From NCBI GenBank assembly GCA_013416795.1, contig RQSC01000196.1, forward strand, positions 9,973-38,666: a stretch of DNA of 28,694 bases, written 5' to 3'. The translations under genes and the position numbers were made by a program. The DNA comes from Prasinococcaceae sp. CCMP 1430. Its lineage: Eukaryota; Plantae; Prasinodermophyta. Positions 19,011-28,694 of this stretch are shown piece by piece. The notes beneath the pieces are model-generated. The model was not told the origin of the DNA, did no database searches, and saw only the letters and a list, made by a program, of their open reading frames with translations. Every line of letters starts with the position of its first letter. Position 1 is the stretch's first letter.

Positions 19011-19821
19011 GGACGAACGCCCTCCACCCCTCCTTCCAACCTCCTCTTCCCTTTCCCCTCGCTCGTCGCGGAGCTCCCGCCTCTGACGCTCCGAGCGCGG
19101 CTTGCGGACCCGCGCGTGCGCGGGGCGGAACAGGCACCTTGCCACCCGAGGCCTTCGACCCGCCCTTGACCGCCGAGGGGCACGCGCAGGCGCAGGCGGC
19201 GCGCGCCGCGCTGTGCAGCGAGGGCTTTCACGAGCCTACCACGGTGATCGTGTCGCCGCTCACGCGCGCCATACAGACGGCGCTCGGCTGCTTCGGCGAG
19301 GCCTTCGCCGCCCAGGGCGGTCTGACGGTTTGCCCGACGCACAGCGAGCACGTCTTTGGCGCGGGGGACGTGGGCACGCCCGCGAGCGAGCTCGTCAGAC
19401 GATACGAGGCGCTGCCAGGCCTGCGGGACTCGCTGAGGGCGGAGCTTGCGGAGGTGAGGGAGCGCGCGCGCGAGCGCGCCCGCCCGCACGCGCGAGGGCC
19501 ACGTCCTGTTCTGACTCAGGCCTCGAACCGCGCGCGCGCGCACGCGTGCGCGCTCCGCTCCTCTCGCCCTCGCCGCGCGCCGCGCGCGTGCAGCGCTGGT
19601 GGTTCGAGCCAGCGCACAACTGCCGCCAGCTCGCCCGCGTCGGGCGCCGCGAGAGCAACAGGTCGCTACGCGGCCGCGTGGGCGAGTTCCGCCGTCTGCT
19701 CGCGCGGCGCGTCGCTGCGGGCGAAAGGGTCGTGGTGGTGGGTCATTCGACCTTCTTCATGGAGCTCACTGGCACGAGCACGCGGATGGCGCACGGCGGC
19801 GTGCACGTCATGCGCGTCTGA
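18629..19821 (+). CDS. UBZ4 (Rad18-like) zinc finger plus histidine phosphatase (phosphoglycerate-mutase-like) protein; exons 18629-18953, 19134-19453, 19594-19821
   Basis: VECPCCGRAV...LNMHLDTDC, a poly-Q linker, then LVRHG, DPPLTAEGHAQA, VSPLTRAIQTA and VVVVGHS. Both introns have GT donors, CTGAC branch points and cAG acceptors, and the exon phases join correctly. Confidence 0.8.
18968..19008. repeat. Poly-C homopolymer (41 nt) within an intron
   Basis: Seen directly in the sequence. Confidence 0.95.
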
Positions 19822-19998
19822 GCCGGTGCGCGCATCGCGCTGCCACTGTATGTACACTTGTTGTAAATGCCAATACCGGGGACGCGAGCGTGCGCGCGCC
19901 AAGCGCGGAGGCAGCTGGAGGGTGCGCGCGCGCGGCGGTGCGATCCGAGGTGCGTAGCGTTACGTGCGCGCGCGCGCGCGCGCCGTCGGCGTCGCAGG

Positions 19999-22219
19999 CT
20001 AGAAGAGCCCTCGGACCTTCTGTTGGTCGAACTCGTGCTGCATGAGCATGCGGTCGAGGTCCGACATCTCCCCGCCGCCGAAGCCCCTTGCACCCGCGGA
20101 GCTCTTGTATGGCGGGCCCCGCGAATGCGCGTGGAGCGAGGCGGCGTGCGTGCGGGCGGGCGCGCCATGCGCGGTGGAGCGAGCCTCGCGCGCGTGCATC
20201 TGTCTCGCGTTGGGCACCAGGCTGGCGAGCGCAGGTGAGGGCGCACGCCGGACCTCCGGCTTGGGCACCTGCGTCTTGGCGTACTCCATGGCCTTCTCGC
20301 GCGCGGTGGGGATGCGCTTGCGCTCGGCCTTCGCAACGGCGGTCTTTGCGCCCGGCGCAGGCCTCCCGCGGGAGATGGCCTGCTGCGCCTTGGCAGCGAG
20401 CTCGCGCTGATTCTGCTCGCGCACGCGCTGCGCGTAGTCTTTCACCTTGGAGCGCGTGGCGCGGGCCTCCACCTGGCAGGGCGCGCGGGCGCGAGCGAGC
20501 TCTGTCAGCACGCTCCGCACGTGGCGCGCGGCCGCGAGCACGAACGCGCGCGCGCCGCCGCCGCTTTGGCCATACCTTGTCCTCGGTATCCAGATCAGGG
20601 CCCAGCCTCCCCACCTCCCAGTAGCCATCGCGCCCCTCGCCCAACGTGGCCGCCATGCGCTCAGGCATGGCGTCGTAGTCCGCCTGCGTGTAGGGAACGA
20701 AGTCTGCGCCGCGCAGGTGGCCCGGCACACCCGATGCGCACTGCGGCGCCACGCCTACGGTCAGGGGAGCGGCGGCCATCGACGCGGCCCGCCCACCGCC
20801 GCCCTTTGCCCTCGCGGCGCGGCTGCTGTATCCAGTGCCGCGCCCGTTCAACGATGCTCGCGAGTTTTCCCGCGATGCCGACTTGGAGCTCGCCTTGGAG
20901 GACCATGTCATCGCCCGCCTGCCCGCGTCCGCGCCAGCGGGCATCATCGCCGCGCGCATCGCCGACTCGGGCGAGCTTCCTCGGGAGTATTCGTCCGAGT
21001 CGGGCTCGGGAAGCGCGTGTGCATACGCGCACTCAATCGCGCTGGCCTCCCGCACGCCTGCGTGCGCGTGCGCTCGTGTGTGCGCGCGAGCGTCGCCGAA
21101 GAACGGCTCCTCCTCCATTCGCGTGGTCACGCTCTGCACGGCCTGCGCCGTCTGCGCGTGCTGCACGTACTGCGCGCCGCCGCCGACGCTCCCGCCCCCA
21201 AACACAAAGGCAGCGGAGGGGTTCGCGGCGACGCGCACCACCTCGCCGCCGACGTCGGCGCCCGGACCCTCTGTGGTGGTCACAACGGGCGGCGGAACGA
21301 ACGCGTGGGCGTGCGGCTGCGCGCGCGCTTGCGCCGCGTACCCTCCGCCTGCTCCGACCCCGCCCGAGGCAGTCCTGCGCGACTCCGAAGCGCGGCGCGT
21401 CGTCTGCCCTCGCGCGGGCGCAGGCTCGGCTTTGCGCGCGACGGCTCTGCGCGGGGTATTGTACTGGTCGTTGTAGGGCTGCAGCGCGCCGGGATATGGG
21501 AGTGACCTGCGCGCGCTCGCCTGGTATTGTCGCTGCTGCTGCTGCTCGTGCGCGTGCCCGCTCATGGGCGCGCCGCCAAAGTCCACGCCCCCGCCCCCGC
21601 CGTCGTCTTCACCTGCGATCAAGTCCGCGACGAAGCGGCCGTTCTTTGCGAGCACGACGCCATCGCCCGCGTCCCGAGCCCGGAGCTCGTGCGCGTTGGA
21701 GTGCGGGGGCGGCGCCCTCCTGCCGTAGCCCGCGGCCTGTGGGGCGCGCCCCCGCGGCGGCGTGCGCGCGCGCTCGCGGAAGTGTTCGGCTGGCGGCGCG
21801 AGGCTGGCTGGCACCTCCGGGCCGGACGCGTGGTAGTCGCGCACGGCGCTGTCGGCGGCGGCGTAGCCCTCGGCGGTCGCGAGCGCGGCGTGCAGGCGGT
21901 TGACTATCGCCGCGGCCGCGTCGTCCGTCTTGGCGGCCACCACCGCCTCGACCTCCCTCTTGGACAGCGCCACGCCCGTCTTCTTGAACACCTTCGCCAG
22001 CATGCCCCACTGCGTGCTCTTGCGCTCGGCGCTCGTCACCGACGAGTACGAGTGCAGCGAGACCTCGCCGGGGAAGTAGCGGCTGAGGATCTCGGCGCAC
22101 AGCAGGCCCGACGAGAAGTCGCGGCGGAGCGAGCGCACGGGCGCGCTCAGGTCGAGGCCCAGCAGCCACTTCAGCTGCTGCCGGCCGAGCGGCGGCGGCG
22201 CGCGCGCCGACGCGGGCAT
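19999..22219 (-). CDS. SPATA4/SPEF1-type CH-domain protein with a C-terminal JHY-like domain (cilium/flagellum-associated); exons 22219-20576 and 20472-19999
   Basis: N-terminal LKWLLGLDLS..RRDFSSGLLCAEILSRYFP..LHSY..W is a SPATA4-like CH domain. C-terminal FVPYT..YWEVGRLGPDL..KVKDYAQRVREQN..TAREKAMEYAK..PKP..H is JHY-like. Intron 20575-20473 (GTATGG..GCTGAC..CAG) keeps the frame. Confidence 0.75.
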
Positions 22220-22315
22220 CGCGACTCGCCCCCTTCCCACCCCCCCAGCCACGCGCGGGGCCCGCGCGCATGTGTACCTATTACGCGATGGCGCCATCGC
22301 CGAGGATGCCGGCGC

Positions 22316-23227
22316 GGTGTGGCCTCCGGGTGCTGCGTGGGCCTCGTCGCGTCGCTGTACGGCCGCGGGGCCGCGCGGGCCTTCGTGCTGGCGCAGCGCT
22401 GGCTGGCGGTGTACGGCGCGGGCTTCGTGCTGCCGTGGATGGGCGTGTGGGCCTTCCTCGAGTGCCCGGGGCACGGCCTGGGCTTCTTCGGCGACGAGAT
22501 CGGGCACATCATACCCGTGTCGTGCATCGGCCTCGGCGCGGTGGTCTCTCTGCTCTTCACGGGCGTGGGGCACTCGCACGCGCAGCGCGTCGCGCTGCAG
22601 CGCGTGGAGGGGCGGCTGACCTTCGTGCTGGGGGCGATCTTCCTCGCGGAGCACACCGCCGGCCAGAAGGGCGGCGTGTTCTACCCCCTGCTGTTCGGCC
22701 ACACCTCCCCCGACTGGATGAAGAACCAGCAGCACACCTTCGACGGCCTGGCGTGGCTGGCGTGCGGCGCGCTGGCGCTGGTGTGCGCGGCCAAAAACAT
22801 CGCGACGGGCCTCCACTTCCTGGTGCCCGCGCTGCTCAACGTGCACATGATGTTCTCGCACCCGCAGCACTGCGCGCACGAGAGCTGGGGGCACTGGCTC
22901 CACGCGCTCGCGCTCGCCGTCGGCGCGCTCTTCCGCGCGTGCAACCGCCCCGCCGAGTGGACGTACTTCGCGCTGCTGTCGGCGATGCTCTTCGTGGGCG
23001 CCTCGCCGTGCGCGGTGGAGTGGTGGGCGGCCAACGTCACCGTGGTGGCGCAGGGGCTCCTCCTGGCCGCCGTGAGCGCGCTGCTGTGGTCCTTCCACGT
23101 GTGGCTGTGGGTGCCGCCCGCGCAGAGCCCCCCCGAGCTGCCGGCGAGGGGCAACCCCAAGGCGGGCTACAAGGTGAACGGCGAGGTGTACGAGCTCGTC
23201 GGCGAGGACGACGGCGACGCGGTGTGA
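22316..23227 (+). CDS. His-rich multi-pass membrane protein, Ytp1/TMEM45-like; 5' end unclear or truncated (first in-frame ATG at 22439)
   Basis: About 8 hydrophobic segments with EIGH, NQQHT and MFSHPQH..GHWLH..GALFR, resembling the Ytp1 C-terminal domain. Strong GC3 codon bias. TGA at 23225-23227. Confidence 0.55.
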   Translation, partial: GVASGCCVGLVASLYGRGAARAFVLAQRWLAVYGAGFVLPWMGVWAFLECPGHGLGFFGDEIGHIIPVSCIGLGAVVSLLFTGVGHSHAQRVALQRVEGRLTFVLGAIFLAEHTAGQKGGVFYPLLFGHTSPDWMKNQQHTFDGLAWLACGALALVCAAKNIATGLHFLVPALLNVHMMFSHPQHCAHESWGHWLHALALAVGALFRACNRPAEWTYFALLSAMLFVGASPCAVEWWAANVTVVAQGLLLAAVSALLWSFHVWLWVPPAQSPPELPARGNPKAGYKVNGEVYELVGEDDGDAV

Positions 23228-23472
23228 GTGAGGGGTGCAGCGGCCTCCGCGAAGTAATGTGTTCGAAGTACTTTGAAGCACGTGATAAAAGCGAGGAGCT
23301 GGCAGTCGCGCGCCGCGCGCGCAAAGACACGCGCGCGCGCGCATACGCGCGAAGACACGCGCGCGCGCACACGCACACGCGCGCGTGCTCGCGCACACGC
23401 ACAGGCGACGGATGCTCGATGACGTCAAAAGAATCTGCTTAGGCGCATCGGGGCAACGCGCACGCTTCGGGG

Positions 23473-23474
<2 letters not shown>

Positions 23475-23562
<88 letters not shown>

Positions 23563-23605
23563 NNNNNNNNNNNNNNNNNNNNNNNNNNNNNNNNNNNNNN
23601 NNNNN

Positions 23606-23694
<89 letters not shown>
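23475..23694. repeat. (TG)n microsatellite flanking a 43-N scaffold gap (23563-23605)
   Basis: Seen directly in the sequence. Confidence 0.97.
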
Positions 23695-23695
<1 letters not shown>

Positions 23696-23871
23696 CCGCA
23701 GGTGCGTGCACGTGTGCGTGTGTGCGTGCGTGCGTGTGTGTGCGCCTCCGGCCGCTCACTCCGCCTCGTAGCAGAACCACGGCCAGTTCGCGGCCCCGAC
23801 CCCCTCCGGCGGCGCCCCCCCGCGCAGCAGCGCCGCCAGCGCGATCGCCCCCAAGAAGATCCTTCTGGCGC

Positions 23872-24223
23872 TCAGGGCACCAGCACCGTGTCGACCGCCT
23901 GCGGCAGCGTCTCGGGATAGTCGAGATTGTAGTGCAGCCCGCGGCTCTCCTTGCGGTGGAGCGCCGAGCGGACGATCAGGTCGGCGCTTTCCAGCAGGTT
24001 GCGCAGCTCGATCAGGTCGGGCGTCACCCGGAAATGGCCGTAATAGTCCGCCACTTCCTCGCGCAGCATCTTGATCCGGTGCGCCGCGCGCTCGAGCCGC
24101 TTGGTGGTGCGCACGATGCCGACATAGTTCCACATGAAGCGCCGGATCTCGGTCCAGTTCTGCTTGATCACCACTTCCTCATCGGAATCGGTGACCCGGC
24201 TCTCGTCCCAGGGCCGGATCGCG
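23872..24223 (-). CDS. nadB: C-terminal fragment of a bacterial L-aspartate oxidase (alphaproteobacterial-like)
   Basis: [71 protein letters not shown] is the proteobacterial NadB C-terminal domain. The FAD-binding domain is absent. Confidence 0.9.
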
Positions 24224-25635
24224 ACGGCGCCCGCGGACGCCTCCGCGGCGCCCGCGGGCGCCTCCGCTGACTCGGCGGCGTCGGCGCCCCCCTCCGCGCC
24301 GGCGCGGCTCCTCTCCGCCATGGCGCGCAGCTCGTCGAAGGCGGCGTCGGCGTCGCGCTTCCACGGGTTGAGCTGCGCGTGCGCCTCGCGCAGCGCGCCG
24401 CGCAGCTCCTCGGGCAGCCCGTCGATGCCCTTGCCGAGGTCCTTGAGGTCCGCGCCCTGCCGGCGGAGGTCCTCCAGGTCGGCGCCCAGATCGGACTCGA
24501 GCTCGCCCTCCATGTAGCGCACCGAGCGCAGCACGTTCAGGTCCGCCTCGCCCCTGGGCCGGAGCACCTCGAAGCGCACCGTCACCATGTGCGCCACCAC
24601 CGCATCGTCGGCGTCCTCGCCCGCGGCCTTCCCTCCTTTGGCCCCGGCGAGGGGCGCCTCCCCCTCCTCCCCCTCGACGGGCGCGTACCCGGGGGGGAAG
24701 AACCTCTCCGCGTCCTCCGCGCGCACGAGCAGGTAGCCGCTGCGCTCCACGGCGGCGTCCGCCACCTCCGCCTCGCCGCCCACCGCGCCCGCGCGCAGCG
24801 CGAAGAGCTCCTCCAGGGGCACCGACGAGGACGTGCCCGGAGGCGCGCCGCCCGCGCCGGCGCTCGGAGCCGCCGCGCCTGCGCGCGCGCGTGTGCGTGT
24901 GTGTGTTTGTGTGTGTGTTAGTGTGTGTGTGTGCGTGTGTGTGTGTGCGTGTGTGTGCGTGTGTGTATGTGACACGTGTGTGTGTGTGTGTGTGTGTATG
25001 TAACACGTGTGTGTGTGTGTGTGTGCGTGTGTGTGCGTGTGTGTGTGTGTGTGAGCACGCGTTTCGGTAAGACATCGCATACGTGCGAGGGCGCACACAC
25101 CTGCATGGGTGCGTACGCGCGCGTGCGCGCTCGTACCTTCCTCGCCCGCGCGCCCCTTGAACTCCTCCCTGGCGGCCTCGGCGCTCCTCGCGGTGCCCGC
25201 GAGGCGCTTCAGCAGGTCCGGCGAGAGCACGTGCGCCAGCGACGGCACGTCGCCCGCCACGAAGCGCGAGCGCACCACCTCGTGCGCGGCGACCGCGCCC
25301 GCCGCAAAGGCCGACTCGTCGAAGCGCACGTCCATCAGCCTGCGGTGTGTGCGCGTGTGTGGTTGTGTGTGTGTGTGTGTGCGCGCGCGCGCGTGTGTGT
25401 GTGTGTGCGTGTGTGGTTGTGTGCGTGTGTGTGTGCGCGTGTGTGTGTAAGCACGCGTTTGGGTATGGCCGTACGCCTGCATGTGTGCGCGCACGCACCT
25501 GTCGCGCAGCACGCTGAAGGCCGCGCGCGTCGACGAGAGCAGCCACTCGACCTCGCCGGCGGCGCTGCGCGGCGGCGCGCGCAGGCGGCGCGCCGGCGCG
25601 CANGCCGGCGGCGCGCGCTTGCACTGCGCGCCCAC
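24224..25635 (-). CDS. Tim44-like domain protein, partial; introns 25498-25340 and 25136-24879
   Basis: The spliced product contains [41 protein letters not shown] and a later VTVRF, the Tim44-like pattern. Both introns are GT-AG and CA-repeat filled. Neither its own start nor its own stop is evident. Confidence 0.55.
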
Positions 25636-25639
25636 CTAC

Positions 25640-26690
25640 GGCGCCGCGGCCGCTCTCCGATGCCAGCTTGCGCAGCTCCTTGGTGAGCACCACGTCCGAT
25701 GTGCACCACACCAGATCGCCGGGACTCACTCTCGAGCCATCCACTGCACCGCGTCCGAATTCGAGCGTGACCTGCTTTCCCTCCTTGCCCTGCTCGTACA
25801 CCCCGTACAGCGCGCCGCCCTCCTCATCGGCGGTGGCCGCCTGCCCGCCCGCCGCGATGACCACCCCGTCGCCCGCGCGCGGCACACGCGCGCCCTCGGC
25901 GACGCGCACGTCCAGCCGTACACTCGCGCCCTTTGAGACACGCGCGACCGTGCCAACGAGGGAGCCTCTGTGCCTCGGCGCGACCCCTCGCACCAGGCGC
26001 TGATGCTTGCTGCCCTCGAGGAAGCCCGGCGTGAGGCCGCGGTGCTCCGCATCCTGGCCGCGGGCGAAGGTCTGCTCAAGCGCGCGCCAGCGCTCGCGCG
26101 GCAGCGGCGCGCGCGCTGCCAGCAGCGTGTCGAAGCCCGCAACAGCCGAGGCAGTGAGCTCGCCCGAACGCAGCTGGACGCTGGCGGTGTGCCCTGCCGC
26201 CGGCCGCGAGTCCTCGGGCGCCTCGACGGCGCCGCTGCGCACCAGCTCCTCCCAGGCGCTGTCGACGGCCTCCCTGTAGGTCCTGGTCGTGAGGGCGACG
26301 TACTCCGGGCCTTTGAGCCTGCCCTCGATCTTCAGACACGTGACGCCAGCGGCAATGAGAGCCGGCACGTGCTCGGCGCCCGCTAGGTCCTGCGGCGAGA
26401 GCAGGTACGAGCGGTCGGCCGACATGTCCAGCTGGCCGTCGACGACCAGGCCGTACGGCAGTCGGCACGCCTGCGCGCACTGTCCCCTGTTGGCGCTCCT
26501 CCCGCCCCATGCCTCGCTGCTGAAGCACTGGCCCGAGTAGCTCACGCAGAGCGCGCCGTGCACGAACGCTTCCACCTCTGCGCCGGTGCCTGCGGCGGTG
26601 CGCGCGATTTCCTCCACGGAGAGCTCTCGCCCGACCACGACGCGGTGGCAGCCGAGCGCCTCGGCGAAGCGCGCGCCCGCGTCGCTCGCG
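25640..26690 (-). CDS. Peptidase U32 family protein (RlhA/YdcP-like Fe-S RNA hydroxylation protein); internal fragment truncated at both ends
   Basis: RVVVGRELS, EAFVHGALCVSYSGQCFSSEAWGGRSANRGQCAQACRLPY, YLLSPQDL and LKIEGRLKGPEYV are hallmark U32 motifs. The N-terminal ELLAPAG..HASTQ region is absent. Confidence 0.88.
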
Positions 26691-27758
26691 ACGCGCGCGC
26701 TGGGGCTCGACTTCGACACCCCGTTCGTGCTCGCCGCGGGCTTCGACAAGGACGCCGAGGCCGCCGCGGCGCTCCTCGGGATGGGCTTCGCGGGCGTCGA
26801 GGTGGGGTCGGTGACGCCGCTGCCGCAGCCGGGCAACCCGCGGCCGCGCGTCTTCCGCATCCCCGAGCTGGGCGCCGTCATCAACTCGTACGGCTTCAAC
26901 TCCAAGGGCCTCGCGGCGGCCGCCGACAACCTGGCGCGCGTCGAGGAGGGCCGCGCGGCGAACGCGGGCGCGCCCGGCGGCTCGCGCGGCGTGCTGGGCG
27001 TCAACCTGGGCAAGAACAAGGCGACGCCCGAGGAGGCCGCCGCGGACGACTACGCGCGCGGCGTGCGGGAGATCGGCGGCACCGCGGACTACCTGGTGGT
27101 GAACGTCAGCTCGCCCAACACGCCCGGGCTGCGCAACCTGCAGGGGCGCAAGGCGATGGAGGCGCTCGTGAGGAAGGTGCAGGCGGAGCGCGACGCCCTG
27201 CCCGGGAGGCGCAGGCCGCTGCTCGTCAAGGTGGCGCCCGACCTCGACGAGGCGGGGCTCGCCGACGTGGCCGCCGTCGCGCTGTCGACTGGCCTCGACG
27301 GCCTGGTGGTGAGCAACACCACCATCGCGAGGCCCGACGCGGTGCGCGCCGCGCGCTGCGGCGACAGGCCCGGCGGCCTCAGCGGCGCGCCGCTCTTCGA
27401 GCGCTCCACCGCCGCGCTCGCGGCGCTCTACAGGCTGACGGAGGGCAAGGTGACGCTCGTGGGCTGCGGCGGCGTCGACTCGGGCGCGGCGGCGTACGCC
27501 AAGGTGCGCGCGGGCGCCTCGCTGGTGCAGCTCTACACCGCGCTGGTCTTCGAGGGCGCGCCGCTGCTGCCGCGCATCAAGCGCGAGCTCGCCGAGCTGC
27601 TCGAGAGGGACGGATTCGGCAGCGTGGCCGAGGCCGTCGGCGCCGACCACCCGCCCGAGCTCAGGGAGGCCGCGCGCCGCGCCGCGGACGCCAAGGCCGG
27701 GGCGGACGCCACGAAGGCCGGCGGCGGCGGGCGCTGGTGGAGGCTCTGGCGCAAGTGA
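26676..27758 (+). CDS. DHODH: Class 2 (quinone) dihydroorotate dehydrogenase, N-terminus missing
   Basis: LAAGFDKDAE, EVGSVTPLPQPGNPRPRVFR, INSYGFNSKG, GVNLGKNK, VNVSSPNTPGLRNLQ, VKVAPDL, SNTT, GGLSG and GASLVQLYTAL. TGA at 27756-27758. No ATG or N-terminal quinone-binding helices upstream. Confidence 0.95.
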   Translation, partial: PASLATRALGLDFDTPFVLAAGFDKDAEAAAALLGMGFAGVEVGSVTPLPQPGNPRPRVFRIPELGAVINSYGFNSKGLAAAADNLARVEEGRAANAGAPGGSRGVLGVNLGKNKATPEEAAADDYARGVREIGGTADYLVVNVSSPNTPGLRNLQGRKAMEALVRKVQAERDALPGRRRPLLVKVAPDLDEAGLADVAAVALSTGLDGLVVSNTTIARPDAVRAARCGDRPGGLSGAPLFERSTAALAALYRLTEGKVTLVGCGGVDSGAAAYAKVRAGASLVQLYTALVFEGAPLLPRIKRELAELLERDGFGSVAEAVGADHPPELREAARRAADAKAGADATKAGGGGRWWRLWRK

Positions 27759-28182
27759 GGGGCGAGGGCTTGCGCGTCCCGCGCGCTCGTGCGCCTCGTC
27801 GTCGGGGCGCGGCACCGCGCGCATGAAAATTCAAGTTCGTATTGCGCTGTCAATGCCATGCGATGCGCGATCGCCGTGCGAGCCCTGCTCGAGCGCCTGT
27901 CTGAGGCGTACTCGAACAGGATGATCGGACGATACTCCATGGTGCTCTGTCACGTCCGCGCGGGCTGAGGCTGTGTGGGGAGGGATGTGCACCATGAACG
28001 ACGCGTCGTGCTCCTACGGTCTTACTGTACGGTTATAGTACGCAGGAGTGGAAGCACGCCCAGTATGCACGCGTGCCTTTGCGCACGAACAGCCACGATG
28101 AATCCGATGACCGACATCTACTAATGCAGTGCGAGCTCGCGTCCACGAGTCAGCTCGCCTGCCTTCCTGCTGTCGCCCTTGG

Positions 28183-28586
28183 CTAAGGGCGGGCAAATGA
28201 GGATTCGGCGATGTCGGGGAAGATTCCTGGCGGGTAGCGCAACACCGGCGCGAAGGTCGCATAGTCCGCCCAGTACGTGGCGGCGACCCGTGACATGAGG
28301 TCCAGGTCTCCTTCGTACGCCTCCCTCATGCGCTCGTGCGCGGACGTTTCGTGCGCTGCGTCCGCGCGCGCGACCCCGGGCTGCATGAAGCTCTCGTTGC
28401 CCGCCCGCCCCCAGCCGTCTGCTCCGTACCGCTCCCACACGTCGGGTCCGAGCGATTTGAGGAGTGCTTTTATGCCCTCGTGGCCGTCGGCGAGGTTGAT
28501 GACACGGTCGTACAGGCCAGCAGTCTTGGGCAAAGCGGCGAGAGTGCTCTGCGGGCGCCAGTGCGGGTCTGTCCATCGCTTGCTCA
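28183..28586 (-). CDS. Last exon of a Sulfotransfer_2-family (carbohydrate sulfotransferase-like) protein; the gene continues beyond the window
   Basis: DPHWRPQ..YDRV..HETSA..MREAY..V...YWADYATF..Y matches the C-terminal pattern of the family. Acceptor gcAG at 28587 with branch point GCTGAC at ~28624-28629. Confidence 0.72.
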
Positions 28587-28694
28587 CTGCGTGTGCGACG
28601 CCCGTGCCAGTCGGTAGCAGTGCGTCAGCTGTGAGGTCGTCGCGCGCGCGCGGCGGCGCCCACGAGCGGGGGGTGGGGGGTGGGGTGGGGTGGG

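Noticed and set aside
19808-23428. The 1206-aa ORF as a single protein
   Set aside because: Its first ~400 aa are the antisense of the Ytp1-like gene and its tail reads through an intron. The real gene is 22219-19999, spliced.
23385-24270. Cys-Val or His-Thr repeat proteins and poly-Pro/poly-Gly ORFs (also at 6244-7132)
   Set aside because: These are translations of TG/CA microsatellites and poly-C tracts, some crossing an N gap.
23872-27758. Functional cluster nadB + U32 + DHODH (quinone/nucleotide metabolism)
   Set aside because: All three are truncated and joined at suspicious junctions, so the adjacency is probably artefactual.
1-28694. Many long overlapping or antisense ORFs (e.g. 3729-6002+, 6621-8456-, 13282-15414+, 15709-17862+, 26076-27824-)
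   Set aside because: These are shadow ORFs from very high GC and GC3 bias. They are Arg/Ala-rich with no motifs and lie opposite well-supported genes.
28668-28694. G-quadruplex or telomere-like end
   Set aside because: A G-rich intronic tract cut by the window edge. It is not a telomere repeat and such tracts are common in this genome.

Overview
Very GC-rich eukaryotic DNA with spliceosomal introns (GTGCGT/GTGAG/GTACG donors, (G)CTGAC branch points, CG/CA-repeat filler). The plant-type TOM20 and an At4g24610-family gene point to a green alga, probably a prasinophyte-grade one (inference). The left ~22 kb holds mostly coherent genes: TOM20, a P5A ATPase, HOP/STI1 with its first exon missing, a large At4g24610-like protein, a UBZ-zinc-finger/histidine-phosphatase fusion and a SPATA4-CH/JHY-like ciliary protein. 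The standout locus is 8589-11956 (minus strand). It is one long reading frame encoding an MGCxxS acylation motif, a phytochelatin-synthase-like domain with an intact Cys-His-Asp triad, a second degenerate copy of that domain, an EF-hand pair and two tandem glyoxalase/VOC domains. A single in-frame TAG (10544-10546) interrupts it inside the second domain. From ~22.2 kb to ~26.7 kb the sequence looks like a mosaic of truncated pieces: a Ytp1-like membrane protein, a scaffold gap, an alphaproteobacterial-looking nadB fragment, a Tim44-like gene, a U32/RlhA-like gene and a DHODH lacking its N-terminus. These are most likely assembly chimeras. The window ends with the last exon of a sulfotransferase. 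All family calls come from motif recognition by eye; no searches were run.
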